DNA of 64,000 bases from an uncultured virus (IMG/VR IMGVR_UViG_3300011008_002732) (IMGVR_UViG_3300011008_002732); one strand, 5' to 3'; positions 1-10,754 are shown, numbered from the stretch's first letter. The notes: generated by a model not told the origin, from the sequence alone. Numbers and translations are program-made.

Positions 1-3000
1 ACGGTTGAAGCGGATCTCCGGCACCTCCAGGAACTCCGATATGCTCACCGACCTGAACCGGGCCGCGCCGCTCTCGTCTATCCGCGCACCCCTCTCGGCC
101 CCAGCTATCAGGCCAGGCACATAGTCGCCGAACACCACCGTCCGCATCCTGCCGGTACCACGCACCGCCAGCACCTCGCCGCCCGACTCCTGCGACGCAG
201 CCGTGCCCACCGTCAGACTTTCATGGACAGCAGCCTCGCCGTCTACCTTCAAATCGCCCGTGACATCTGCCTCGCCCATCGTCAGCTTGTAGGGGGTGGA
301 GTCGTCCCGGTCTTTGCGGAGGAATTTTTCTTCAAGTGCGGCAATGGCCTCTTCCAGTGCTGTCCTCACGCTGTTGATGGAGGTCTTGGTACGGAGGGCG
401 GAATACACGTTGCTGTCTGTCTCTTCGATTGTATCTGTCGTCTTGATGATGGTGACAGTGCCGCCTCCCTTGCCGCTGCTTCCGGCTCCTGCCACGGAGA
501 CCTTGCTGAAGCTGATTCCCTTTATGGTGCCGGCCAGTTCCCCGAAGCGTGAATAGGCCGTACATTCGCCTACGTACAGCACAGGGTTGTCCCAGGGGAT
601 GTCAAGCTTGAACTCGCCGCCCATGATGCGGGAGTCGGACAACAGCGACTGGCCTTCCTTCACCCTGACACGCTCGCCCGGCCTGAAAAAGCGGCCTTGC
701 TCAAGCCTGTCCTTTGCGTACCCTGCCATCAGGCTGCAGTCGTACTGGTTGGTATCGATGGCCTTGTACTTCAGGTAAAGCAGCGATGTGCGCACCAGTT
801 CCAGCTCGGCTTCCGTGGTCAGCACCTCGCCGTCGTCGTAGATGGAGGTGTCGAAGCCGTATATGGTGTAGCCGTCTCCGTCGGACGGGTACAGGTCTCC
901 ATTGGGCAGTTCCACGCCGTAGTTCTCGTTCCGCTCTATCTCGAACACTGCCCCTGTGCCGTCCGAGAGGCCCGGCTTGAAGAGTATCTTGAAGGTAAGC
1001 CCTGCCAGCCGGCCGCCGCTGTAGGAACGGCCGTTCTTCTCCACGTCGCCGAAGGTGATGAAGATGTCCTCGCCGCCGATGAAGTATTCTGTGGAGAAGT
1101 TTTTCAGCTCGGTGTTCTTAAACCTATAGTTGTAGTGCGTAAACACCGCGCCGTCCACCGTCTCTGTCTTCTTGGCATCTTCAGGTGCGGTGACGTTCCC
1201 GGCTACTCCCGCGAACGTGGGGTATATGTCCTCGAACACGACGAGACTTTCCACATACTGCTCCTCTTCGAGGCCCCTGACGGATTCTATGCGGCCGGAA
1301 CCGTCATAGACCATCGTGTTGACTACACCTCCCGTGCCGCCGTCGAAGGTGAGGTTGCCCTGTGCATCCTCGTACACAGGCTGCTGGGGAAGCCTGAGGT
1401 TAGAGCTGACGATGCCGTTCAGGTATTCGGACGAGCCGGAAAGGGACGTGAAGAGCCCGCTGTTGGCCTTGCCCTTGGCATAGTCGCGTGACAGCGTGCC
1501 GCCGTCGAAGGTGAGGTTGCCGCCGCCGTCCCTGTAGCAGAAGAGGCCGAGACGCCTGTCCGACAGCAGGCTGAAATCGGACGTCGTTTCCGTACCGTCC
1601 GGCCAGGCTATCTTCTCGATGAGGAAATACTTCGACCTTTCCTCTGTCCTGAAGGCGTGCTGCCAGTTCAGCGTTGCCGTGACGTATGCCTCCACCTCGT
1701 TGCCGTCGCCCAAAAGCGAAAGCGTCGTCTGCATGGAGGGGTTGGTAAACTCTATGGAGGCTGCGAATGAAAGTGTCTCATGGATGCTGCCTGAGTCTTT
1801 CGTGCAGCGTACTTTCAGGTAAACTTCCTCCCCGGCAAGGCTGCCCATCAAATCGGCAGGGAGTTCCGTTTCAAGATAGTTGCCAGTCTGGTTTCCGTCA
1901 CTGTCATACCACCGGTGCTGTCTTCCGTCATAGTCGTGCACCACCCTTACCAGATGCATGTATTCCCTCCCCTGCGAGTCGCTGAGGTAGAAATCGGCAT
2001 AGAACAGGCTTTCACCTGAACGGCCTACAAATGTGCATGTAACCTGGGATATGGCCAGGCGGGCTGTCCCTCCGTGAACCACGGCTGTACCGTTTACCCT
2101 GTCGCCGAACACCACGGTAGTCTCATAGGACGGCGAGGATTCGTCAAGATGTACGTCAATATTCGACCCTGATGCAGGAAATTGAATCTCCTGCCCGGCC
2201 ACCTCGCACCTGTCATAGAACACGGAATAGTCTATATCCCTTGCCGAGTCCCTGTATGTGTCCGAAATGCCCGTCGCGGTTTGCCCGTCTGTGTCGAACG
2301 TCAGCACGATCTCCTTTCTGTACCTGCCCGTGATGTTCCTTGCCGAGCCGAAGGCATACAGGCGGTTGGCAAAGGAGGCAGAGCCTGTCCTTCCCGATAC
2401 CGACTCCAGCTCCGTGCCGATGGAAAGCACCTCGGCGGATGAAGGATGCTCACACCTGCCTATATGGATGGTGCCGCCATCCACCCACCACTCGCATGAG
2501 CCGTTGTCGGGATCTATGGCCTGGCAGATGTCGGAGAGTGCGCCGGTTATGCTCTTTGCCGAGAACGTGACCGCTATGTTCTTCGACGCGAACTCCTCAC
2601 TGATGATATATCCATAGGACTGCCCCCTGTAATGGTAGCCGAGGATGTCAAGGTTGCCGGTGAGCAGGTCCAGGAACACGTCGGGGGTTCCCGTCAGCGA
2701 GAACGAGGCTTCCGCACCGCCAGCCCCGGGGGCGTACCTCAATATCTTGTTCTTCCACTTCCAGTAGTCGGCATCCAGCGTCAGCTCATAGTCGTAGCCC
2801 CCCGTCTTCGTGTTGTACCTCGGCTTATATTCCCCGGTCAGCTCGAACCGCCTGCCCCACGCCGCCAGCACAGGATACTCGCTTGCATAGACAGGTGTCC
2901 CGTTTACCGTCTCGCCGAAATCCACGTAGTCCCCTGCACTGAATACGATATAGCGGCCAAGGCTGAACACAAGCCTGATGCGGTCTTCCTGCATCAGCTG

Positions 3001-3075
3001 GAACCTGTATGTGCTGCCCTTGCAGATGTCTGTACGCAAGCGCACGTTCCCGTTTATGTCGTATATGGTAATCAT
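1..3075 (-). CDS. Large tail/baseplate protein, partial (over 1025 aa, runs off the left edge)
   Basis: Not in the ORF track. Manual translation from ATG at 3075 (MITIYDINGNVRLRTDI...YELTLDADYWKWKNKILRY...ANRLYAFGSARNI...EFLEVPEIRFNR) appears open to position 1; directly downstream of the TMP and Dit-like genes. Confidence 0.85.
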   Translation of the reverse strand, partial: MITIYDINGNVRLRTDICKGSTYRFQLMQEDRIRLVFSLGRYIVFSAGDYVDFGETVNGTPVYASEYPVLAAWGRRFELTGEYKPRYNTKTGGYDYELTLDADYWKWKNKILRYAPGAGGAEASFSLTGTPDVFLDLLTGNLDILGYHYRGQSYGYIISEEFASKNIAVTFSAKSITGALSDICQAIDPDNGSCEWWVDGGTIHIGRCEHPSSAEVLSIGTELESVSGRTGSASFANRLYAFGSARNITGRYRKEIVLTFDTDGQTATGISDTYRDSARDIDYSVFYDRCEVAGQEIQFPASGSNIDVHLDESSPSYETTVVFGDRVNGTAVVHGGTARLAISQVTCTFVGRSGESLFYADFYLSDSQGREYMHLVRVVHDYDGRQHRWYDSDGNQTGNYLETELPADLMGSLAGEEVYLKVRCTKDSGSIHETLSFAASIEFTNPSMQTTLSLLGDGNEVEAYVTATLNWQHAFRTEERSKYFLIEKIAWPDGTETTSDFSLLSDRRLGLFCYRDGGGNLTFDGGTLSRDYAKGKANSGLFTSLSGSSEYLNGIVSSNLRLPQQPVYEDAQGNLTFDGGTGGVVNTMVYDGSGRIESVRGLEEEQYVESLVVFEDIYPTFAGVAGNVTAPEDAKKTETVDGAVFTHYNYRFKNTELKNFSTEYFIGGEDIFITFGDVEKNGRSYSGGRLAGLTFKILFKPGLSDGTGAVFEIERNENYGVELPNGDLYPSDGDGYTIYGFDTSIYDDGEVLTTEAELELVRTSLLYLKYKAIDTNQYDCSLMAGYAKDRLEQGRFFRPGERVRVKEGQSLLSDSRIMGGEFKLDIPWDNPVLYVGECTAYSRFGELAGTIKGISFSKVSVAGAGSSGKGGGTVTIIKTTDTIEETDSNVYSALRTKTSINSVRTALEEAIAALEEKFLRKDRDDSTPYKLTMGEADVTGDLKVDGEAAVHESLTVGTAASQESGGEVLAVRGTGRMRTVVFGDYVPGLIAGAERGARIDESGAARFRSVSISEFLEVPEIRFNR

Positions 3076-3137
3076 GGGCTATCTTATTGCTGTTTCTGTT
3101 TCAAATCACCGAGAAAACACTTAAGGGATGGACTATT

Positions 3138-3599
3138 TTACTCCAAGGCCGCCATCAGGGCCGCGTTCACGTCTAACGCCCTGTCAGACGGGTCGGGCTC
3201 CGTCAGCTTCAGCATGTACTTGCCAAGGCCGAACCTGAACTCCTGGAACTGGGTGCAGCTGCCGTACAGGCACTTGTACTCCGTTTCCGGGATGAACGCC
3301 GTGGATATGTGAATCCAGCCGCACTCCAGAACCTCACTGCAGAACAGCGCGTACTTCCTGAAGAAATCCGCCTTTCCCGTCGCGTGCAGGTTGAAGCCGA
3401 CCGTCAGAGCGCGCTCGTCCTTGCGCTCGGTCGCCTGCGAGGTCGTGACCAATGCGCCGTGACGGGTGCGCACCTCGTTCCTGATGCGCTCCTTGGCGGG
3501 AGCAGGCGTAAGCAGTACAGAGACCGCCGATGCGTCGAAGCTGATGCCGTACCTGACCCGGGCATCGTGACCGTTTATGAAGAAAGTGTCCGTTGTCAT
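3138..3599 (-). CDS. Distal tail (Dit-like) protein
   Basis: 153 aa, overlaps the TMP stop; position between TMP and large tail protein. Confidence 0.65.
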   Translation of the reverse strand: MTTDTFFINGHDARVRYGISFDASAVSVLLTPAPAKERIRNEVRTRHGALVTTSQATERKDERALTVGFNLHATGKADFFRKYALFCSEVLECGWIHISTAFIPETEYKCLYGSCTQFQEFRFGLGKYMLKLTEPDPSDRALDVNAALMAALE

Positions 3600-6500
3600 A
3601 GCCTTTCCGTATTTTCCTTTATCTTTCCGAGGCGGTCAATGATTTCCGTATTCGACCGCCTGATGCTCTCGTACAGGTCTGAAAGGAACCCGTTGCCCGT
3701 TGCTATCCCCTGCCTGATGTCCGTCAGCACGCCGCCCTGCGCCCCCGACAGCAGGCTCGTCATGTTGCCGAGGTTCTGCACCGCCAGCATCACCTGCTGG
3801 CTGATACGCTCGTTGTTGATCTGCATGGCCGTGAATCGCCCGTTCAGTTCATTGGCCGCGTCCTGGCTCATGGTCTTCACGACACCTCCGGCCCCGGACT
3901 GTTGCTGTGCCTCTTCAGTGCCCTGGATGAGACCCTGCTCCTGCAAAAACGAAAGCTGGTCTTTGGCATCCTGCACGTACTGGTCGTACTCCGCACGGAG
4001 AGCGTCTATCTCGCCTGTAGTGATGCCGCCGTCCTGATACACCTTGCTGAACTTCTCATACCACTTCTTGAGCTTGTCCTTGAAGTCCTGACCGACGACG
4101 TTGTTGATGACCATCTTGTTCACCATCTCCTGCCAGCTGGCGGCCACATCGTCAAAGGCATCCTCCGCACCGTTCGCAAACTCATAGACGTTATCCATGA
4201 AGTCAGAGAAGACATCTTCTTCCGTCGTGCCGGAAAGGATTGCGTCAAGCTGTGCCCGGGCATCCTCCAGTTCACTGACGGTGTCCGCCCACTGCTCAAC
4301 CCACTTTCCGATGGCACCCTCGTCATAGCTGTTGTCACGCACCAGCTGATACCACCAGTCCTGATAATTCGTCCGTATGTCATTCAGGATTTCTGCACCC
4401 CTCAGCCCCATGCTCTCCAGCGTGGTGTAGAAGGACTGGAGGCTGTTGTCGCCGAAGCCGATTCCGTAGGCACTGCCGATGGCACTCACCAGGTCCTTGC
4501 CTCCGTTCTTGTTCCTGTGCCACCACTCGCTGTGCCTGCCGCCATAGCGGTCGTCACCTGCGGCCAGTACACCAGTTTTGTAGTAGGAATACGAGCGGTT
4601 AATGCTGTCCGCCAATTCGTTGTATTTGTCAATGGCTGTCAGGCCGAAGCTCTCGCCCATGTCCTTCCTGATGTCCTGCACGTGGTCATCAATCAGGCCA
4701 AGCCTTGCGGTGGCCTCGTTCTGGATGCTCACCATTTCCTCATGGTTGTCAAGCGAGGAAAGAACCATGCCGTACACTGTGTTCCCCAGGCTCAATGCTG
4801 CGGAGGCCGCTGCCGCGTATGGACCGGCGGAGCCCAGCAGGTCGCCCGGTGCGCTGTCCTCGCCGAACATGTCCTTCAGGTCATTGAAGCTCTGAAAGAC
4901 GCTGGTTGCGCTGCCAAGCGCATCACCTATGCCGCCGAGCACGTCGCCCATGCCACTTATGCCGAGCGAGTTGAACAAATCAGTCACGGGGGCGATGGCG
5001 CTCCGCAGGGTCTCGAACTCCTTCGCCAGCTTCGGGATGCTGCCGTCCGTGAGGGCTTTCAGGTTCCTCTCGGCGATGGAAACGCCGCTCCGGGCCTGTG
5101 TGGTGTTCTGCCGTGCAGTTTCCAGGTCGGCTGACGCCCGGGCAACCTGTGCGGCGGTCACGTTGCCTGTGCCCTGCCGCTGCATTTCCTGAAGGGTTGC
5201 GAGCGTGGCCTCCGCCCCCGATTCGGCCAGTTCCGCCCCGACAAGGCGTTTCAGCGCATCCGCCCGCGCCTGTCTTGCACTTGCGATGGACGACAGTACG
5301 CCGCCGCTCTGCTGTATGGCGGCATCCACCGCATTGATGCCCTCCAGGGCACTCCTGCGCACCTCCTCGCCCGCATCGGCAAATTCGGGCGCACCGATGA
5401 AGTCCCTGAGGCTCTGGCGGAGAGACTGGAGCTCTTTCCGCGTCACGCTCGACAGGTCGCCGAAGAGGGCTTCCCAGTTCACCTCGCGCTTCAGCTCCTC
5501 GAAGTTCACCTGCGATATGGCATCCTCCATCTCCTTCTCCAGGCTCAGGGCCTCCATGCTGTCGCCCCTGGCCGTGGCCTCGCTTATCCTGCCGCCGTAG
5601 CTCTGGCGGATGGCATTGATTCTGGTGGCCGCGTCGCCGTACTTCATCAGGTACTCCAGCTCTTCCGTGTCGGCCCTGCTCACTTCCAGCAGCGCCTTCG
5701 CCACCGCCAGGCGGTCTTCAAGAAGGCGTATGGCCTCACGGTCTGCCTCGATGCCCTTTTCCTTCTCTGCATTGACAGCTTCCGTTATGCCCATCACCGA
5801 CTTCTCCAGGGATTCAGTCTTCTCCGCACGCTCCTGCTGTGCCGTGGCAAAGCCGCCCGTCAGCCTGTCAAGCTCCCTGTAATAGTCCAGCCTGTTGTTC
5901 TCATTCTGGCGGATGTACAGAGCCGTCTCTTCGGCTGTGGGGGTGTATCTTGCATCATTGGGGCTGTATGTGAACACCCTGTCCTTGTTGACAGGGTTGG
6001 CCTCGAACAAAGCCCTCTCTTGCGCAATCTTCTGCTCACGCAAGTCCTCATACCCGCGCTTCAGTTCCTCCTTGCGCTTCTCGAAATCTAACCGGGCTTG
6101 TGCCAGCTGCCTGTTCGTGCCTTCATCCATTGCGTCAATAGTGGCCTGTGCCGTGGAGAACTCAAGATCCTTGGCAGCACGCTCACGGTCGAGCCTCTGC
6201 TTGCGTAGTTCTTCTGCATATTTTTGACGAGCCTCGGCTTCTTTCAATGATTCTTTATCTTTGTTTTTTTTGCGAGATTTGTCTTCAATACGCTTCTTCA
6301 AACCTTTCAAGAAGTTGTACTCATCGCTGTCAAACGTGGCTTTGTCTAAAGCCTCGTTAACTTGCTTCAATAAATCATCTACCTTTTTCTGCGAGTTGGC
6401 ACTGTTGAAACGGCTGTTCAACTCATTCTGCGCGAGCATGGCGGGGTCTGTGATGGGGATATTCGGCATCCATGACGTGACTGGCTTGCCGCCATTCATG

Positions 6501-9226
6501 TCAAACACCGGCTTTTGGTTCATAAAATTGAACCCAAGGCCCATGTTCATAGGGGAGTTGCCGCCATTCATCTGCCCCAGTTTCCACATGTTACCCAGCA
6601 GCGTGTTCGTCTGCTGTATGCCGATATTGATGGAGGTGGTGTCGATGAGCGGCTTGGCCGACATTCCGTTAAGCAGGTTTATCTTGCCTTTGGTATCGTC
6701 TGCTGCCGTCCCTGCGCCTTCAATGGAACCGCTGTCAACCGTCGGGCTGACATTGGTATCTCCGAGGTCTGACAACTCCCCACTTGCCTTGCTTGCCTCC
6801 TTTGCGAGGTCTGCAATGCTCATGGTGGTGTAGTCAACCTCCTTCTGCACTTCGGGGTGGGCTTTCTTTTCTTCCTCGAAAGTCTTTATCAAGGCATTAC
6901 GACCCATAGTGACAGAATGCGTAGCGTCTGCGAAATCACGCATTATCTCGATAGCATCCACATCAATATGGAAAAATCCCGAAGCGTCACTTCCGTCGGC
7001 ATTGGTTTTCATAAACCATTTCTCCGACTCGATTCCCATATCCTTGTATGCTTTCTCTATACGACCATTTACCTCCGCAATCTTGGCTTCTAATTCATCA
7101 CCTGTGAGTGTTGCAAGAGCATCACCTTCTGACTGAATGATGGCACCAATAATCTGTGTGAGTTCTTTCGCTCTATCCTGCACTTCGTCGGCGTCCCAAT
7201 CCTCAAACAGGCCAGAACCGTCATATTCAGCCCCTTCAAAAGCAGTCTGTAAAGCATCGCGCATATTGGTGGTTGCCTCTTCAAGGGCATCGTTATACGA
7301 CTGCAGAAGGTTGGCTTTCTGTCTCTCCTCGCCTTCTTTGTGGATGGCATCGGTAACAAGGTCGTGCATGTCCTTCAACTGCTGGAGTTTGTCAATCTCC
7401 TCGTCAATCTTGAAGCCATACTCCTCATATATCTTAGCCAGTTCATCAACGGCATCCTTATGTACCTTGCTCTCCGCTGACGTGTTGTCGATAACAGCCA
7501 TGAGGGTATCAAGGTTGCGAACCTGCTTGACGGCCGACTCACCGAACCTCTCTATCTCTGCATCTGCCTTGCTCGTCTCTTCCGTGAAGATGGGCAGCAG
7601 GGAAATGATGGTCGTGATGGCTGCGATGGCAACACCGAAGGGATTGCTCATCATGGCAACTTTCAGCGAGTTCATGGCTGCTGTAGCGGATTTAGTCATG
7701 GCGACCAACAAGCCCGTGGCCGTTGTCTGTGCCTTGGTCTGCGTGGTGCCTACGGCCTTCTGGAAGTTCGTCAGCTTCTCCTGCGTGGCCTGCTTGCGAG
7801 AGGATGCCGTTTCAAGGTTCTTCTGTGCAGTCAGTTGTGCCTCTGCAGCCGTTTCCTTGTTGCTCTGTGCGGTGGCGAGTGCCTTCTCGGCATTCTCGGC
7901 TTCCGTGGCTGCTGTGTTGTAGTTGCGCTTGGCGGCTTCTATCTCCTGGGCGTCCCCCGACCTGTTGGCGGCTTCCACATCTTCATTGCACTGTGCGAGG
8001 TATTCCCTTGCAGTGTCTGCCTGCTGCTGGAGAACCTCTATCTCCTTGTCAGCGGCTTTCTCCTTCTCGCTGGCAGCATCCATAGCGGCCTGTGCAGACT
8101 CTATGATGGCATCGTAGTCGTCTATCTCTGCGAGCATCTTCCTCTCAAGGGCTGCTATCTGCTCGTCGATGGCTGTGACATTCCCTTCACGGCTGGCGGT
8201 GTTCTGAAGGATGGCAGCGGTGTTGGCTTCCTCTGCCGCTGTCTCTTCACCGATGGCCATAATGTCTGAGTTGTCGGAATACTTGCCGTACAAGTCCTGC
8301 AACTCCTGCTGGCGCGTCTGCTCGATGTTGTTGGCTTGCTTGGCCATCGTCTTCTCGATAGCCTGCGTGACCTTCAATGCGGCCTGGTACTCGCCATAGG
8401 AGGCTATCAAGCCGATAATCACAGACCCTACCTCCTTATAGTGCTCAACGAGCCACGACTCTGCCTTTATCGCGCCCGTGATGAAATCCTGATACTTCTC
8501 GCCTATCTCGTTGTACATGGCGGCGAGGTTATCCTCCAACTGGCCCTGCTCTGCTGAGATATTCGACATCTGATTGAGCATGAGGTCATGGAACATGCCA
8601 CCTTCCTCGGTCACATGGTCAAGCACCATGTTCAACTGCTCGAAGGTCACGGTGGCTCCCTCCACCTCGACACCCATTTCCTTCAGTACGTCCTTCACCA
8701 CAAGACCCTTTGTTGCCCAACTGGCGAGACTCTGGCTACCCACCTCACCGAGGCTCTTGGCCCTGTTGTACAAAGCGACCATTTCCATCAAGTCTGCCTT
8801 GGTGCCAGTGGCGATGTTAGACAACTGGTCAAGGCGTGGGATAATATCATCGACGGCATGGCCGTAGGCAATCATCTGCTTCGATGCGTCGGCCAGGTCC
8901 TTGAACTCGAACATATTGTAGTAGGCGTAGTCCTTCAACTGCTGCGTGAACTCCGCGGCCTTCTGCTGGTTGCCCAAGAATACCTCCATCGAACTCTCAA
9001 TATCTTGGAAGAATGACCTTATCTCTGTCACCTTGCCGATGAAACTCTTGGCTGCATCCAGTGAGAACGCTATACCTGCAGCTGCACCGATGCGCTTGAA
9101 CATATCCTCTATGCCCATGCCGCTCTGCTCGATGTCCTGTGCCGCACGATGAACACCGTCCCTTGCTCCGTCCAACGAACTCAAGAGGTTGCTGTTGTCG
9201 CCCGTAATCTCAAACTTCAATGCCAT
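3596..9226 (-). CDS. Tape measure protein of the helper phage (1876 aa)
   Basis: Very long Ala/Glu-rich helical ORF following tail tube and chaperone; hydrophobic segment NPFGVAIAAITTIISLL; C-terminal MSQD..ELNGRFTAMQ. Confidence 0.93.
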   Translation of the reverse strand: MALKFEITGDNSNLLSSLDGARDGVHRAAQDIEQSGMGIEDMFKRIGAAAGIAFSLDAAKSFIGKVTEIRSFFQDIESSMEVFLGNQQKAAEFTQQLKDYAYYNMFEFKDLADASKQMIAYGHAVDDIIPRLDQLSNIATGTKADLMEMVALYNRAKSLGEVGSQSLASWATKGLVVKDVLKEMGVEVEGATVTFEQLNMVLDHVTEEGGMFHDLMLNQMSNISAEQGQLEDNLAAMYNEIGEKYQDFITGAIKAESWLVEHYKEVGSVIIGLIASYGEYQAALKVTQAIEKTMAKQANNIEQTRQQELQDLYGKYSDNSDIMAIGEETAAEEANTAAILQNTASREGNVTAIDEQIAALERKMLAEIDDYDAIIESAQAAMDAASEKEKAADKEIEVLQQQADTAREYLAQCNEDVEAANRSGDAQEIEAAKRNYNTAATEAENAEKALATAQSNKETAAEAQLTAQKNLETASSRKQATQEKLTNFQKAVGTTQTKAQTTATGLLVAMTKSATAAMNSLKVAMMSNPFGVAIAAITTIISLLPIFTEETSKADAEIERFGESAVKQVRNLDTLMAVIDNTSAESKVHKDAVDELAKIYEEYGFKIDEEIDKLQQLKDMHDLVTDAIHKEGEERQKANLLQSYNDALEEATTNMRDALQTAFEGAEYDGSGLFEDWDADEVQDRAKELTQIIGAIIQSEGDALATLTGDELEAKIAEVNGRIEKAYKDMGIESEKWFMKTNADGSDASGFFHIDVDAIEIMRDFADATHSVTMGRNALIKTFEEEKKAHPEVQKEVDYTTMSIADLAKEASKASGELSDLGDTNVSPTVDSGSIEGAGTAADDTKGKINLLNGMSAKPLIDTTSINIGIQQTNTLLGNMWKLGQMNGGNSPMNMGLGFNFMNQKPVFDMNGGKPVTSWMPNIPITDPAMLAQNELNSRFNSANSQKKVDDLLKQVNEALDKATFDSDEYNFLKGLKKRIEDKSRKKNKDKESLKEAEARQKYAEELRKQRLDRERAAKDLEFSTAQATIDAMDEGTNRQLAQARLDFEKRKEELKRGYEDLREQKIAQERALFEANPVNKDRVFTYSPNDARYTPTAEETALYIRQNENNRLDYYRELDRLTGGFATAQQERAEKTESLEKSVMGITEAVNAEKEKGIEADREAIRLLEDRLAVAKALLEVSRADTEELEYLMKYGDAATRINAIRQSYGGRISEATARGDSMEALSLEKEMEDAISQVNFEELKREVNWEALFGDLSSVTRKELQSLRQSLRDFIGAPEFADAGEEVRRSALEGINAVDAAIQQSGGVLSSIASARQARADALKRLVGAELAESGAEATLATLQEMQRQGTGNVTAAQVARASADLETARQNTTQARSGVSIAERNLKALTDGSIPKLAKEFETLRSAIAPVTDLFNSLGISGMGDVLGGIGDALGSATSVFQSFNDLKDMFGEDSAPGDLLGSAGPYAAAASAALSLGNTVYGMVLSSLDNHEEMVSIQNEATARLGLIDDHVQDIRKDMGESFGLTAIDKYNELADSINRSYSYYKTGVLAAGDDRYGGRHSEWWHRNKNGGKDLVSAIGSAYGIGFGDNSLQSFYTTLESMGLRGAEILNDIRTNYQDWWYQLVRDNSYDEGAIGKWVEQWADTVSELEDARAQLDAILSGTTEEDVFSDFMDNVYEFANGAEDAFDDVAASWQEMVNKMVINNVVGQDFKDKLKKWYEKFSKVYQDGGITTGEIDALRAEYDQYVQDAKDQLSFLQEQGLIQGTEEAQQQSGAGGVVKTMSQDAANELNGRFTAMQINNERISQQVMLAVQNLGNMTSLLSGAQGGVLTDIRQGIATGNGFLSDLYESIRRSNTEIIDRLGKIKENTERL

Positions 9227-9293
9227 AACTCTTACTTTATGATGAAGCCCTCGCGCAAGCGCGGGCTGTTACTTTTGTTTATTTGTCTTTCTC

Positions 9294-10037
9294 TCACTCC
9301 GGGGCCTCGACGCCCTTGCTCTTGAATGCCATGAGAATCTTCTCCGCGTTGGCAGGGTCGCTGGCATCCATGACTGTCGCACCGAGTGTGAGTGCTGGTA
9401 TCTGCTCCATTTCCTCTTTCGTGAGGTACACCGACGTAATCTTGTCCGCGAGCATGAGGCGAAGGTATGTGTACCCCTTCTCGTACAGGATTTCATTGTC
9501 CGAGTACCCCATTTCCTTCAGTTGTCCGATGAAGGTGCCGAATACCGACAGCCCTCCGAAGTTCACGTTGTTGCTGCCGCTCTTGCGCTTGATCTCCATG
9601 ACCTGTGCCATCCTCTCCTTCTCCTTGTCGATGCCGAGGAACTTCATGAACATCTCCGACTTGTCGGCTTCCAATACCATTATCAGCAGGGTAGCCATTT
9701 CCTCATCCGTCAAATCCTTCTCGAAGACGTTCTTTCGGATGGTGATGCTCCTGCGGTCGTACAGGTCCTTGTATGTGTTCGGTGCTGTGTGGTAAGCCAG
9801 TATGTGGCAGCATATCTCCCTGTGGGTCGTCACTAATCTCAATGCTTCCACATACTGGCTCTTCAGAAGAATATCGTAGTTTATTCCCAGACTGTCTATC
9901 TGTCTTCTGAGCAGGTACATCTTCGCAAGCGTTACTGGATAGAGGTTAAACTGCTTGTGCCCTACGGAAAAGCCGTAAGGTCTGCCGATCACAACGTCTG
10001 CGATGTCATATTCGATATTGTACTTCTGCTCATCCAT
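9294..10037 (-). CDS. Tail assembly chaperone (helper)
   Basis: 247 aa between major tail protein and TMP; paralog at 26480-27226 also precedes a TMP. Confidence 0.75.
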   Translation of the reverse strand: MDEQKYNIEYDIADVVIGRPYGFSVGHKQFNLYPVTLAKMYLLRRQIDSLGINYDILLKSQYVEALRLVTTHREICCHILAYHTAPNTYKDLYDRRSITIRKNVFEKDLTDEEMATLLIMVLEADKSEMFMKFLGIDKEKERMAQVMEIKRKSGSNNVNFGGLSVFGTFIGQLKEMGYSDNEILYEKGYTYLRLMLADKITSVYLTKEEMEQIPALTLGATVMDASDPANAEKILMAFKSKGVEAPE

Positions 10038-10039
10038 AG

Positions 10040-10113
10040 AGCGGAGAGGTGGAGTCGAACCACCGGCCTTGACAATGGACTTGCCACGCTCTTGCCGACT
10101 GAGCTATCTCCGC
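10040..10113 (-). tRNA. tRNA-like element, Gly(TCC)-like with a non-canonical anticodon loop
   Basis: Reverse complement GCGGAGATAGCTCAGTCGGCAAGAGCGTGGCAAGTCCATTGTCAAGGCCGGTGGTTCGACTCCACCTCTCCGCT folds as a cloverleaf (acceptor GCGGAGA/TCTCCGC, T-arm GGTGG-TTCGACT-CCACC); loop AGTCCAT lacks U33; no encoded CCA. Confidence 0.7.
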
Positions 10114-10175
10114 GTAATGCAGTTCTCTCCTGCCGAACTGCAAAGGGGTGTCTATCCACACGTCTATTTAGTTGC

Positions 10176-10754
10176 CTAACTACGTGCGTAGTAGGTGACG
10201 CCAGTCTGCGGCGTGGTGTCATGCGACAGAATGTAGTTGCTACCATTCTTGATGTACCAACCCTCAGACTCGGGGTTCTTCCCAGTGGTGTCGGCCACGG
10301 CCGTGTAGGTCGTGCTGCCCTTCACAACGGGAACGACATCGGTGATGTTGCCTTCGTCGTCCATCTCGCCTCCGGTCTTGTACCAGTAGTGAGCCATCAG
10401 ACCGTCCGTAGAGTCACCCTTCAAGGTAATCTTACGGCATACGTTGATGAGTCTGATGCCTACGGCTCCGTTCGTGGGAGGGATAATCTCGATGCTGCCT
10501 GCGTTCTCCACGAAGCCGGGAGTAACCTCGGACTCTGCACCGATGCGACGGTCGTACTCAACGATGTACTTGTCGGCCTGAGACTTCATAGCCTCGGCCT
10601 CACCACCCTCGATAAGGGCCTCGTCCACGCTACCCTCCTCGACGGAAAGGCTTGCGGTGCCTTCCTTGATGTCGGAGTGGGTGATGGCGTTGCCACTTGC
10701 GGGGGTCTGCTTGGCGGTGCACTTGCCCCAGCCAATCAATTTCTTTACAGCCAT
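10176..10754 (-). CDS. Major tail (tube) protein
   Basis: 192 aa starting MAVKKLIGWGKC; between neck genes and tail chaperone; short C-terminal appended module. Confidence 0.75.
   Translation of the reverse strand: MAVKKLIGWGKCTAKQTPASGNAITHSDIKEGTASLSVEEGSVDEALIEGGEAEAMKSQADKYIVEYDRRIGAESEVTPGFVENAGSIEIIPPTNGAVGIRLINVCRKITLKGDSTDGLMAHYWYKTGGEMDDEGNITDVVPVVKGSTTYTAVADTTGKNPESEGWYIKNGSNYILSHDTTPQTGVTYYARS

Noticed and set aside
1334..1521. 26-bp direct repeat GTGCCGCCGTCGAAGGTGAGGTTGCC in the tail gene as att site or DGR repeat
   Set aside because: Both copies are in frame (GNLTFDGGT) within one continuous ORF; an internal peptide repeat
9227..10037. Programmed -1 frameshift (G/GT) in the tail chaperone
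   Set aside because: Both chaperones are single ORFs of about 247 aa and I could not identify a convincing slippery site
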